A stretch of 63,692 bases of DNA. Origin: an uncultured archaeon. Its GTDB lineage: Archaea > Asgardarchaeota > Thorarchaeia > Thorarchaeales > Thorarchaeaceae. The first letter of the stretch is position 1; each line of letters opens with the position of its first letter. Below, one piece after another: positions 30,901 through 39,361 of this stretch. The notes below the pieces were generated by a model. The model did not search any database. It saw only the letters and a program-made list of their open reading frames with translations, and was not told where the DNA came from. A program made the position numbers and the translations under genes. The stretch is from contig CAYYQL010000014.1 in the NCBI GenBank assembly GCA_964473825.1, forward strand, positions 1 to 63,692, written 5' to 3'.

Positions 30901-33900
30901 CCTGTGAGATAGTCCGTGTATCTTAAGATGGCCGTTGCATTATAGAATATGTCTGCAGGGGGACTCGAGAGAACACTGGCCTGAGTGAGTCTCTGGGTGA
31001 TAGTTGCCTCTGTAGAGGTGCTGGAGTTTGCATAGAATGGTATTGAGTCTCCCCAGAAGAACTTTACAGATATTGGATGTTTGCTTACCAGTTCGGAAGC
31101 CAGCAGTGTGGACTGGATTGAAATCGAGTACACGCCGTTGGTGCCGGACAGAGAGTACTGGCTGCTGTTGAGCGTTTCCCCTGCTCCATGGCCAAGAAGG
31201 AGTTCCAGTTTGCTCACAGATATTCCTGAGCCGTCTAGATCATCCGTGACTGTTATTTCGAATGTGACGTTCGAAAGATATGGGGCGTTGAGTGGCGATT
31301 TTGATATGGTAATCGTCGCAGGTCGGCGAGATACCTCTACTTCAGCGATTCTGGTTCTATTCTGGTAGTAGGGACTTCCAGTATAGCTAGCCTCGATTAC
31401 TATTGAATACGTACCGAATCCTCCAAGAGCCTCAGTAGAGATTCTGATTCGGTATTGACCATTTCCAAGATAATCGACGAAGTAGTTCACTCCTAGTTCT
31501 AGGGGTTCTGAGGACGAATTGCATGCGGCAAGAATTGTTGCGTTCGAGATACCTCTATCGGTATTATCATCTGAGTAGGTTACCGTAATGTTTGCCTGTG
31601 TGAGATACGGTGCCAAATCAGGCAGGTCACTCGTTAGTTGTGCCCTTCTTACTACGACATTGAGATAGAAGTAATCGGTTGCGTCCTGACAGTATCTAGT
31701 TCCGCCGTAGATGATCGTCGCGTTTATTGTGAAGGTGCCCAAGGTTTCCAGTACACTTGTGTTCAGGATGACCGTGTAGGTTCCGTCAAGGTTGTCGTAT
31801 ACTGTGTAATTGCCCTCGAGTGAGGCATCTAGTGTGAGAGTGCCTCCCTGCATGCCTGTACTGGTGTAGTCATCAAGATCTGTGTATGTGACCAATAGGG
31901 TGAGATTGTTTGCGAACTGTACGGGCCCATACGCTCCGTGAGTGAGCTCAGTGAATCGTTCTCTCACCGTGATAGGAATCTCTACTGATGTTCTGTTTTG
32001 GTAAAAAGGCTCGCCAGCCCATGTGAAGTTCAAGTGGAATGAGTGACTTCCGGGTATCCAAGAAGAGGTATTAAGCTCTATGAAGAATGTTCCAGTTTCA
32101 TCTCCTTCGTAGTAGATGGTGTATCCTATTGCCTCTTGAATCGAAAGGTAGAGCGTCGATGCATTTAGAATTGCCTCTCCTGATAGAACATCCCTGTAGA
32201 CTACAGTCAGGTTCACGAGCTCATCATATGGCACTGTAGGAAGTGGTGTCCAGTCAACACTGGTCTGCCGCTGCGTTGTATAGACTGTGATTATGATGGT
32301 CTGATTCTCGTACAGCGGGAGTTGACCTTTCGTCCAGTTGAATTGAATACGCAAATCACAGGAAATGAGTCCACTGAGATAGGAAGTATCGAACTCAATC
32401 TGGTATTCTCCGGGGTTATTGATAGGATCGAGCTCGGTTATGACCATGAGGTCTTGAAACAGGGCTTGGCCAGCTGTCAACACATCGATGTATAGGTGAA
32501 CATTGAATGGATATGACCCAGTTGCATTCACTATCCCTGTGTCGTTTCCGACATCATAGTATATCACGCTGAAGGTGAGATTCTCTCCGTATGGTGTCAT
32601 GACCGGACTCTGTCCGATGAAGATGTCAGTCGGGGTACTCGTGATTCTGACACTTGTTGTCACGGTTTCATTGGAGAACTTGACTGTAGGTCCAGTCCAG
32701 TTAGCGTAGATAATCAGGTCTTTTGTTCCAGTGGAACCCCACTGGTTTGCAGGTAGTGATATGATATATTCCCCTGACTGGGTCCCGTTTACCACGTCAT
32801 AGATGATTGATGGGAGCCCCGGGCTCTCAATGTATATCAAGGCGTTAGAGCCAACTATTCCCGTATCGGCATCCACATCATAGTAGACAACAGATATGAT
32901 AACATCTGCTGTGTACGGGGTCGGATCGATTGGGTTTGTCAGATAGAATGATGTGAGATGGGTTTTGAGCTGCACCTTCACATTGAACGTATGATTCTGG
33001 GCGCCGTATCTCTTAACATTGAACTCCACTGTATAGGTGTCAAGAACATCATCATCCAGCGAGTATAGGTCGACACGGTAGACTCCGGGTGTGGCTGTTT
33101 CTGTGACATTGTAATCTTCGAAGCTATAGCCGTGCAGCTCTGACCAGTTGCAGGTTATGGCATCCGCCGAGTCTGTGATTGGCTGGTCATGATCCGTGTC
33201 AGTATAGGTTATGGTGAATGAGGTTGTGTATCCCACTGGAAGCGACAGCTGGCTTGTTGAGGGAATAGCCGATGTAAACAACTCGCGCACTTCCAAGGAG
33301 AGCACAATCGTCCGTGATTCGTAGTAGTCCTTTGTGGCAGTGATGGCAACGTCATAGTCACCGATGCTGACTCCGTCAGTGCCCAGTGCCAGAGTGTAAT
33401 AGCCTGGGTTTCCTGTCAGAGGTGCTACCGAGTAGCTGTCATATGTCCAATCCGTGGTAATCTGTGCATCAGTTATGGGGTCCCCTTTTTGGTCCTTGAA
33501 CTGCACTGTCATCTCGGCGTCGTAACTCATGGGAACGTCTACTCCTGGAGCATCAGGAGAGAGAAGATCCGTAGTGTAGATGGCGTTGATGGTGAAGTTT
33601 CTCGACAATGAGTCATAGAAGTCCTTGTTCCACTCAAGAGAAACACTGAACGCACCGTTTGATGCAAGCTCTCCGGTGTCCAGTGTTATGCTATACTCTC
33701 CCGTTCCCAGATCATTCATCGTTCCCGACCCGGCAGCCCAAGAATAGGTCATGACACCACCGGCAAGCAGATCTGTGTTATCGATATCTTGAACTCTTAG
33801 CTGCAGAAGAATCAGGTCACCATGAGTCACATTCTTCGTCCACGTCGCTTCAGAGCCCACTGGATATTGCACGCTCATGTCAGTGGAGTGCGTTACGCTG

Positions 33901-36617
33901 AACTTCCTTCTAAAGAAGCCGACATTGTGAATTGCAGATTGCGAGACCTGGTCCGTAACAAATGCTTGGACCTCCCAGTTTCCAACTGATGCATTATAGG
34001 GGTTAAGATTGACGAACTCCGTGACAGCATATCCAGAGCTGTTCACGGTAGCTTGAAGTGATGTCCAGAGCGTTCCGTTCGGCAAGTATATCGAGAAATG
34101 AACAATATCTGATGCATAGTCTGGCGAGAGTGAAACCATGAAACGTGTGTCATCATACGCTCTGAAGTCATTTGTTCTAAGCCATGATCCGGTATCATCA
34201 TGCCAGACCTTCAAGGTATCGATTATGTTGGGAGAAGCCCCCTTGAGGTACCAGAAGCCGTTCTGAGCACTGGTGGTTACGTCATAGACAGAAACGTTCA
34301 GAGCACCGTCACCAGGTTCTCCCAGACTCCAACCAGATGTGAGATTGTCCAAGCGGTAACTCGGCTCTCCCACATGATCTATATCTCGGTTGCTTGGTAG
34401 TGAAACATTGAAGAAGAAGCGGTTTTCATAGCCGCCGGGCACAGCAACGTAGTGGTTTGTGTCCCACCTTATATCGGTGCCATTTTGGGCGAGGTAGTTG
34501 TCACCATTTGTGAACGTCTCAGTGTCGGAGACCGTCTGCACACCGTATCTTCTTGCAAAGGCAGTTACGAGAACATCAATCTCAACTGTTATCTCTTCAT
34601 CAGGGTCTGGAGGATTGGGAGTGGGGGTCCATGAGAAGTTAGCATATGCACTGCCATCTGTCCATGGCGTTGTCGGCTGATATGAAACAGTTCCGAGTCC
34701 GAGAACGGGCGTTGCTCCCTCAAGTACGTTTGACACGTCTTTCCCATTCATCTGTAAATTGATTGACTCTGGAGTCGCCTTGGCCTTGATATAAACTGCA
34801 ATGTCGTCGAAACGTCCCTCGGGCTTGATATCATCTGTTCTGTACCATTCAGCATCAGTCACCCGCAGGCCAACCATGATTGAAACATTAGGGAGCGTGA
34901 GATAAGCGGGGTCTGTCGGAATCAAACCTGTTGAGTACCAGGTATTGTCATTAGCAATTCCATCAAACGCCATATTCCAGAGATAGTCTCCTCCTTCGTC
35001 TGGGTCACCGACAGTCACGAACAGCTCAAAGAATCCTGTTGGATTGTAGTTATCCCAATATCTCCCACGGTTATCAGCATAGTAGTCAAGTGAGACTCCG
35101 GCCCATGTGATCTCTCCTCGGTCTATCGTTATGTCTTGTTGGACAAATGCCTTATCACCCGGATTATACCAAAAACCATAGAGGCCTCCCTCATTCCTGT
35201 GATAGTATCCATCTATCATCGTTGTTGCTGCAGCGTCACCATCCCCTCCATCCGCCATCCGTCTGGCTATCTTGCGGGTGGTGCCGCTTCTCTCAGATGT
35301 GTATACATAGTTAGATCCGTTAAGGGCTATCCCGTAGTTGAATCTGAACTGACCGTTGCCACTTCCGTCAGTGCCCCACTGACCCTGATATGAACCAGTT
35401 GAGGAGAAGTACTGCACTCTGTCGTTCCCGACATCTGCGACGTAAATGATGCCACCTGAGCTGACTGCGACCCCTACTGGAGTCCTGAAGTATCCGTTCC
35501 CTCCTCCGCCATAGAACGAGTTCTGGCTACCGACCAGACTCTGGTAGCTACCCGTTGAGCTGAACCTCTGCACTCTACAGTTGCTAGTGTCTGACACAAT
35601 AACCTCGTCGTTGTTTTGATTGATTGCGATGCCCGTTGGGCGACGGAGCTGCCCAGTACTCGTCCCGGTTCCTCCAAATTGCCCCTGATAGATCCCGTGC
35701 ATATTGAAGTACTGCACTCTGTCATTGCCCATGTCTGCGACGTAGACGTATCCATTTGAGTTCCGGATTGCAACTCCCATCGGGCTGTGGAATTCGGATG
35801 CTACTTCCCCTGTGCTTCCCCACTGGCTGACGTATGCGCCTTGAGAATCAAACAGCTGGATTCTATCATTCCCAGAATCAGCAATATACACAAATCCAGT
35901 GGAGTTAATCGCAATCCCCGTGGGGTAACTGAACTCGCCATCGCCCGTGCCTGTACTTCCCCATTGAAACTGAAATACACCCGTGGTATCGAAGACCTGT
36001 ATTCGATTGTTGTAGCTGTCAACAACGTAGACATAGCCAGAGCTGTTAATAGCTATCCCCCAGGGATCCGTGAAGTTGCCATTTTCAGTACCCCTTGATC
36101 CCCACTGATTTTGATAGTTACCATTCGAAGTGAAGAACTGGACTCTGTTGTTTCCGTTGAAAGCCCCCTCAAGTTGCGAGCTTCCATACACCCATGCCCC
36201 TGATTCCTCGAAGTCGTTGTTAACTAACCAAGTCCGGTTTTCAGTGATATCTGTTACATTGCCGAAGACCTCATAGCCCTCCCAGTTGTCCCCTAGTGGC
36301 ACGGACAGGTTTGCAGTAGTGGTTGTCCCTGAAGGATGATAGACCATCTGTTCACTTGAGAACGAATCGGTGCGTGCACCGTATTCTGATGCGATGAGTG
36401 GATCTCCAATGCCCGTTACTTGATTTGGAGCAGAAGCTATCTCATACTTCATGAGTACTTCATCAGGACCCACATGTATCTTGGTTCCGTCATCAAGCGT
36501 TACCGTTTCTCCTTCCGGCAGGTTCCATTCAAGTCCCAAGTCGGGGAACAGATTAGTAGAACCAAACAGCAAGATAATAATCGCCACGAATACTAGTATC
36601 GTTTTTCGCTTCTGCAT
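27939..36617 (-). CDS. Giant type-I membrane protein (~2892 aa), paralog of the downstream gene, with inserted NHL beta-propeller
   Basis: ATG 36617 preceded by GGTGA; colinear similarity to 20203..27942; NHL repeats P.GIA....VYVAD..N.RVQ.F; ATGA overlap with next gene. Confidence 0.9.
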   Translation of the reverse strand: MQKRKTILVFVAIIILLFGSTNLFPDLGLEWNLPEGETVTLDDGTKIHVGPDEVLMKYEIASAPNQVTGIGDPLIASEYGARTDSFSSEQMVYHPSGTTTTANLSVPLGDNWEGYEVFGNVTDITENRTWLVNNDFEESGAWVYGSSQLEGAFNGNNRVQFFTSNGNYQNQWGSRGTENGNFTDPWGIAINSSGYVYVVDSYNNRIQVFDTTGVFQFQWGSTGTGDGEFSYPTGIAINSTGFVYIADSGNDRIQLFDSQGAYVSQWGSTGEVASEFHSPMGVAIRNSNGYVYVADMGNDRVQYFNMHGIYQGQFGGTGTSTGQLRRPTGIAINQNNDEVIVSDTSNCRVQRFSSTGSYQSLVGSQNSFYGGGGNGYFRTPVGVAVSSGGIIYVADVGNDRVQYFSSTGSYQGQWGTDGSGNGQFRFNYGIALNGSNYVYTSERSGTTRKIARRMADGGDGDAAATTMIDGYYHRNEGGLYGFWYNPGDKAFVQQDITIDRGEITWAGVSLDYYADNRGRYWDNYNPTGFFELFVTVGDPDEGGDYLWNMAFDGIANDNTWYSTGLIPTDPAYLTLPNVSIMVGLRVTDAEWYRTDDIKPEGRFDDIAVYIKAKATPESINLQMNGKDVSNVLEGATPVLGLGTVSYQPTTPWTDGSAYANFSWTPTPNPPDPDEEITVEIDVLVTAFARRYGVQTVSDTETFTNGDNYLAQNGTDIRWDTNHYVAVPGGYENRFFFNVSLPSNRDIDHVGEPSYRLDNLTSGWSLGEPGDGALNVSVYDVTTSAQNGFWYLKGASPNIIDTLKVWHDDTGSWLRTNDFRAYDDTRFMVSLSPDYASDIVHFSIYLPNGTLWTSLQATVNSSGYAVTEFVNLNPYNASVGNWEVQAFVTDQVSQSAIHNVGFFRRKFSVTHSTDMSVQYPVGSEATWTKNVTHGDLILLQLRVQDIDNTDLLAGGVMTYSWAAGSGTMNDLGTGEYSITLDTGELASNGAFSVSLEWNKDFYDSLSRNFTINAIYTTDLLSPDAPGVDVPMSYDAEMTVQFKDQKGDPITDAQITTDWTYDSYSVAPLTGNPGYYTLALGTDGVSIGDYDVAITATKDYYESRTIVLSLEVRELFTSAIPSTSQLSLPVGYTTSFTITYTDTDHDQPITDSADAITCNWSELHGYSFEDYNVTETATPGVYRVDLYSLDDDVLDTYTVEFNVKRYGAQNHTFNVKVQLKTHLTSFYLTNPIDPTPYTADVIISVVYYDVDADTGIVGSNALIYIESPGLPSIIYDVVNGTQSGEYIISLPANQWGSTGTKDLIIYANWTGPTVKFSNETVTTSVRITSTPTDIFIGQSPVMTPYGENLTFSVIYYDVGNDTGIVNATGSYPFNVHLYIDVLTAGQALFQDLMVITELDPINNPGEYQIEFDTSYLSGLISCDLRIQFNWTKGQLPLYENQTIIITVYTTQRQTSVDWTPLPTVPYDELVNLTVVYRDVLSGEAILNASTLYLSIQEAIGYTIYYEGDETGTFFIELNTSSWIPGSHSFHLNFTWAGEPFYQNRTSVEIPITVRERFTELTHGAYGPVQFANNLTLLVTYTDLDDYTSTGMQGGTLTLDASLEGNYTVYDNLDGTYTVILNTSVLETLGTFTINATIIYGGTRYCQDATDYFYLNVVVRRAQLTSDLPDLAPYLTQANITVTYSDDNTDRGISNATILAACNSSSEPLELGVNYFVDYLGNGQYRIRISTEALGGFGTYSIVIEASYTGSPYYQNRTRIAEVEVSRRPATITISKSPLNAPYLSNVTFEITVTDDLDGSGISVSKLELLLGHGAGETLNSSQYSLSGTNGVYSISIQSTLLASELVSKHPISVKFFWGDSIPFYANSSTSTEATITQRLTQASVLSSPPADIFYNATAILRYTDYLTGNGISEAEVTVSCSNVSVIEYWVLVGEDGSYEVRINTTGFSTIGKYRFSANFTWIGTPFYQNKTQLSFSITLNPVSTELALVVPTGVTYYLGDTLEANVTFTSINTGLGIEGANVTTNWQSLYGSTATILEGAGGVYYLTIDTRPLDSGEYTFEVYASLYLHFNRTIIADIVLAALPVDIDLDAQPESPEWGTVVTINVNITNARNGTGVVGGNVNLTILSDTFAMVEIENGAYSLNLSTLAYNAGEYTLSITFALANYESRQREFQIRISKVPARLVGSLDELVVVNGQNVTIEAQYLVQANDTIILDGTLSFAWTGGSGTLIWNSTLSRYVGHFTVEGASIRNYQIQVQASSTNYKSVSIQLTIEVREINTEITPVDGRTVLSAVAGTLANVTVHLNNTDLGTGVTGANLIYSISGTSGNLSEIENGWYYALLNTTELAIQEYILRVSSTKDGYASASIQFTLTVTRIRTTVEILTDASQDVYYGQLTTFSFSFWDETNSMGVDDATTSFTIGEYTGMLLQEENGTYSFTLDTSLVQAGIIPYDISVSFQKARYEFGYSSVKLRVLPIPTEVIGTLEVDIPVSDDYTQLFKLNDTLNHVLITDATATAIWEFGTDPLTNLGNGSYRFGPVESGIQSLDVRENPYIIRVTFTRGNYSRAEIIVEMTIRQIRTELLVTPPPGTVFSGQTVFVRVTYWDIDHETGIPMAVNSTSGTSLQVLPESSIDFGNGTYVFAFMGTNVQGYEYRIQLNKTNYESSTYSGIVYVTLSPEQQALYTSFGYLALAILGLVAFAAAYIRVWSVPKMLRRIRAMVRQLSRGKIPEPAPVRNRKQVIIDTMNEDLRPLRIMKGSADVAPSTVDISTLDIEELLKELAVVVGLAPEDVDTLRGDLEKMRPSERAGFISEVLKQERARRAKDIVEAEKLAEPDKETIELERKLTEEELDHLRERLVEMGIDGAEAELMIEQARNLSKAEIDALLDQLGGDAE
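35290..36165 (-). repeat. NHL repeats (5 full plus 2 half = 6 blades) inside giant protein; boundaries approximate
   Basis: Repeated F..P.GIA.....YVYVAD.GNDRVQ.F...G.Y..QWG..G...G units. Confidence 0.9.
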
Positions 36618-36778
36618 AGGACTTTCACCGGCAATTCTCGCTTGACGAATCTCGGACAACAGCTAGCTAGCTAGCGTTGTCTTCTCTTCTCAATGATGCA
36701 CTGTAATCTAGAGAGTCTTTTTAATAATACCCTCATCTTGTCGTTCTATAAAATGAGATGTTGTTCGTTTTTTCGCCA

Positions 36779-38968
36779 TTACCATGAAACCTGGGCCTGA
36801 GCCCCACGCTTCTTGAACCAGATCACAACAAGGACTACCAAGACCAATGAGAATGGAATTGTGAACATCATAATATACGGGGTGTATGTTCCGTTCGAAG
36901 TATCAGATGTCGGTTCGACAAGGGTCAACCAGTCGGTCGTTGCAAGATTCAGTCCTCTATCATAGGCCTGCATCGTCACTTGGACTCCATGTTCTGGTTG
37001 GAATGCGCCAATTGTGAGATCGGCTGTCCAGAGGCTTCCGTTGTGGGTGCACATAAACGCAAGAGTCGTTTCATTGAGCCTCACTAGGGCAGTTACATTC
37101 TTGACTCCTGCAATATCATCCGATACGTCTGCCCAGACGGAGAGGTCTCCGCCAGCGAAGTCGTCGGGCTCATATCCCCAGTTCCATATTGTGGGCGCAT
37201 TGGTGTCTGTTATCGAGAACATCATGTCGTGTTTTTTCTGCTTAGCCTGTTGCAGAGCATCATGGCAGCCCTGCCAATCCATAGACTCGTATTTCTCGCG
37301 CGCCAAGTCATAGTATTCCATTACACTGTTCTTAATCTGGAGAGTTTCAGGCCCTGCCCGATCCCTAATGGCGTCCCACGCGTCCAAAAAGTCCTGATAA
37401 TAATCATACTCCATCTGATCAAGATATGTTCCCTGGACCCAGTTCTTGTCAAAACTAGACGTTCCATTATGCATACCAAAGTATCCCATGGGAGAGGATG
37501 AAAAGTCCCCGACATAATGACGATAGTCCCACGTGTGCCCCATTCCAATTGCATGCATCGTTTCATGAAGCTGGACGCCCGACACACCCTCCCTCTTGGT
37601 TGTTTCGTTGTCGCGGTAATATCGCTCCCAGGATTTCAACACGCAAGTCTGACCTCCACCACCAAGCCCAGTGAATGATCCCATGGGCGTGTACATTGTC
37701 ATATTCTGTTTGATAAAGACTACTCCGAAGACATTGATGTTTTCATCAAAGATATCTACATAGCGCCATCTGACATTCTGATAGATGTCTTCGAACAGCG
37801 CATATCCATCGACCCATGTGTGCCCTTTTTCAACATAGGAGTGCTCATCAAACAAATCCATTATGTCGGGAAGATGGACGTGGTCTCTGAATTGCACAGT
37901 CACATTCCATGGTATGAAAGGTAAGAGTTCTGAGAGAAAACCTTCCAGTAGATCTTCACGTGTAACCCAAGTAAGGCTGCTTAGTGGGATTCCGCTGTCT
38001 GTGTCCATTGCAATGACAAGCGTGGTCAGGCTCCCAGTGTCAACAAATGCGGTGGGTTGGTGTTGGACTGGGAAGAAGACGTATCTAACAATATCACTCA
38101 GATAATTCCCAAGGTACGCGCTCAACTCCCATTGCCCTTCAGAGCTTGAAAGGTTCAGTCCCGCCACAACATCCTCCAGGTCTTCGGTGCAGTGTCTGGG
38201 GTATTGATCATAGGGAGCTGTCCCCCACCAGATTCGAGCCCACCTCAGATACCATTGGTCTGCGGACAGGTCGAGGACAAACACATTGTCCTTTCCACCG
38301 AAACCTGCGTACTGCAGTTTCACATCACGATTTAGCTCGTTGTCCCACTCGAGCCGCCACCAGTCAATCTCTTCACCACTGTCAGGATCCACAGGGTTGT
38401 AGTCGTACCAATGCTCAAGCTCATGGTCTGGTGAATCGAACTCGGAGAAGTTGAACAGATAGAGATTGTAATGCAAACCACTCGAGACTACCAGCGGGTT
38501 TTCTATGAGCCATTCCTCTATCGGGTCTGCTTCTATGGACATCCCGGCACGAGGATAGAAGATTCGCTGAGGTTCTTCTGGATTGGCCTTCTGGTATTCC
38601 AGGGCCTCCTCGTCCAGAGTAGTTCCTGTGGTGCTACCATTGATGTGGTTCTCAAGGATGAGATTTCTGATTGACTCGATGTAGCTCGAGTCAGCGTGGA
38701 AGACCTTGTATTGTATGCTGTAGCTTATGTCGCAGATTTCCGCGATATGTTCTCTCTGCGTCGGTAAGCATTCGTAGAGAGCAGTGTCTTGTATGACGTC
38801 AGAATTGTAATTCACGAGGATGATATTCACAGTCCAGTCACGTTCTATCTCTTGCATGGATACTGGGTCTTCCGAATGGGTCGTAGGCGAAAGTCCCACT
38901 AATGGCCGACCTGCTACAGCAGATGCAAGAAGAATGGCTAGTACTGCCGACGCGACCACAGACCGCAT
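36779..38968 (-). CDS. Membrane-anchored secreted zinc metalloprotease (metzincin-type)
   Basis: HETMHAIGMGH = HExxHxxGxxH, followed by SPMGY Met-turn; signal peptide; Ig-like domain; C-terminal TM plus KKR. Confidence 0.85.
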   Translation of the reverse strand: MRSVVASAVLAILLASAVAGRPLVGLSPTTHSEDPVSMQEIERDWTVNIILVNYNSDVIQDTALYECLPTQREHIAEICDISYSIQYKVFHADSSYIESIRNLILENHINGSTTGTTLDEEALEYQKANPEEPQRIFYPRAGMSIEADPIEEWLIENPLVVSSGLHYNLYLFNFSEFDSPDHELEHWYDYNPVDPDSGEEIDWWRLEWDNELNRDVKLQYAGFGGKDNVFVLDLSADQWYLRWARIWWGTAPYDQYPRHCTEDLEDVVAGLNLSSSEGQWELSAYLGNYLSDIVRYVFFPVQHQPTAFVDTGSLTTLVIAMDTDSGIPLSSLTWVTREDLLEGFLSELLPFIPWNVTVQFRDHVHLPDIMDLFDEHSYVEKGHTWVDGYALFEDIYQNVRWRYVDIFDENINVFGVVFIKQNMTMYTPMGSFTGLGGGGQTCVLKSWERYYRDNETTKREGVSGVQLHETMHAIGMGHTWDYRHYVGDFSSSPMGYFGMHNGTSSFDKNWVQGTYLDQMEYDYYQDFLDAWDAIRDRAGPETLQIKNSVMEYYDLAREKYESMDWQGCHDALQQAKQKKHDMMFSITDTNAPTIWNWGYEPDDFAGGDLSVWADVSDDIAGVKNVTALVRLNETTLAFMCTHNGSLWTADLTIGAFQPEHGVQVTMQAYDRGLNLATTDWLTLVEPTSDTSNGTYTPYIMMFTIPFSLVLVVLVVIWFKKRGAQAQVSW

Positions 38969-39361
38969 GTGTCACTTATCTCGTTGCCGAATATTAACGA
39001 AGCGGTACGGTTTCGTTAGAAGAAGCAAACCTTAAACCATATGCATAACTATATTAGGAGATAATGAAAGTGCATAGTAAGCGTCGGCACTTGAGCATCG
39101 ATTGACATGGACCAGTGAACACCTCTTAGGCAATTCGATTTCACATCAACAGCACCGAAAGCATTGACTTCGCTGACGCATCTCATCTTTCCACACCTTA
39201 GCTTATTCTCTTCAGTGGTGCCAAGAATGGGTGTGGTGGATGTATGACCGTTGGACGACCTGGAACTGACAGTGAACATTGGTGTACCCTATTCCTCCGA
39301 GTCCCATGCCTCATTGGACATCCGCGAAACCCTTTTGACTCGTTACTGAACGCTGAGTGCT

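Noticed and set aside
36661-36675. AGCTAGCTAGCTAGC microsatellite upstream of the giant gene
   Set aside because: Under four units and outside the likely CDS; no evidence for phase variation
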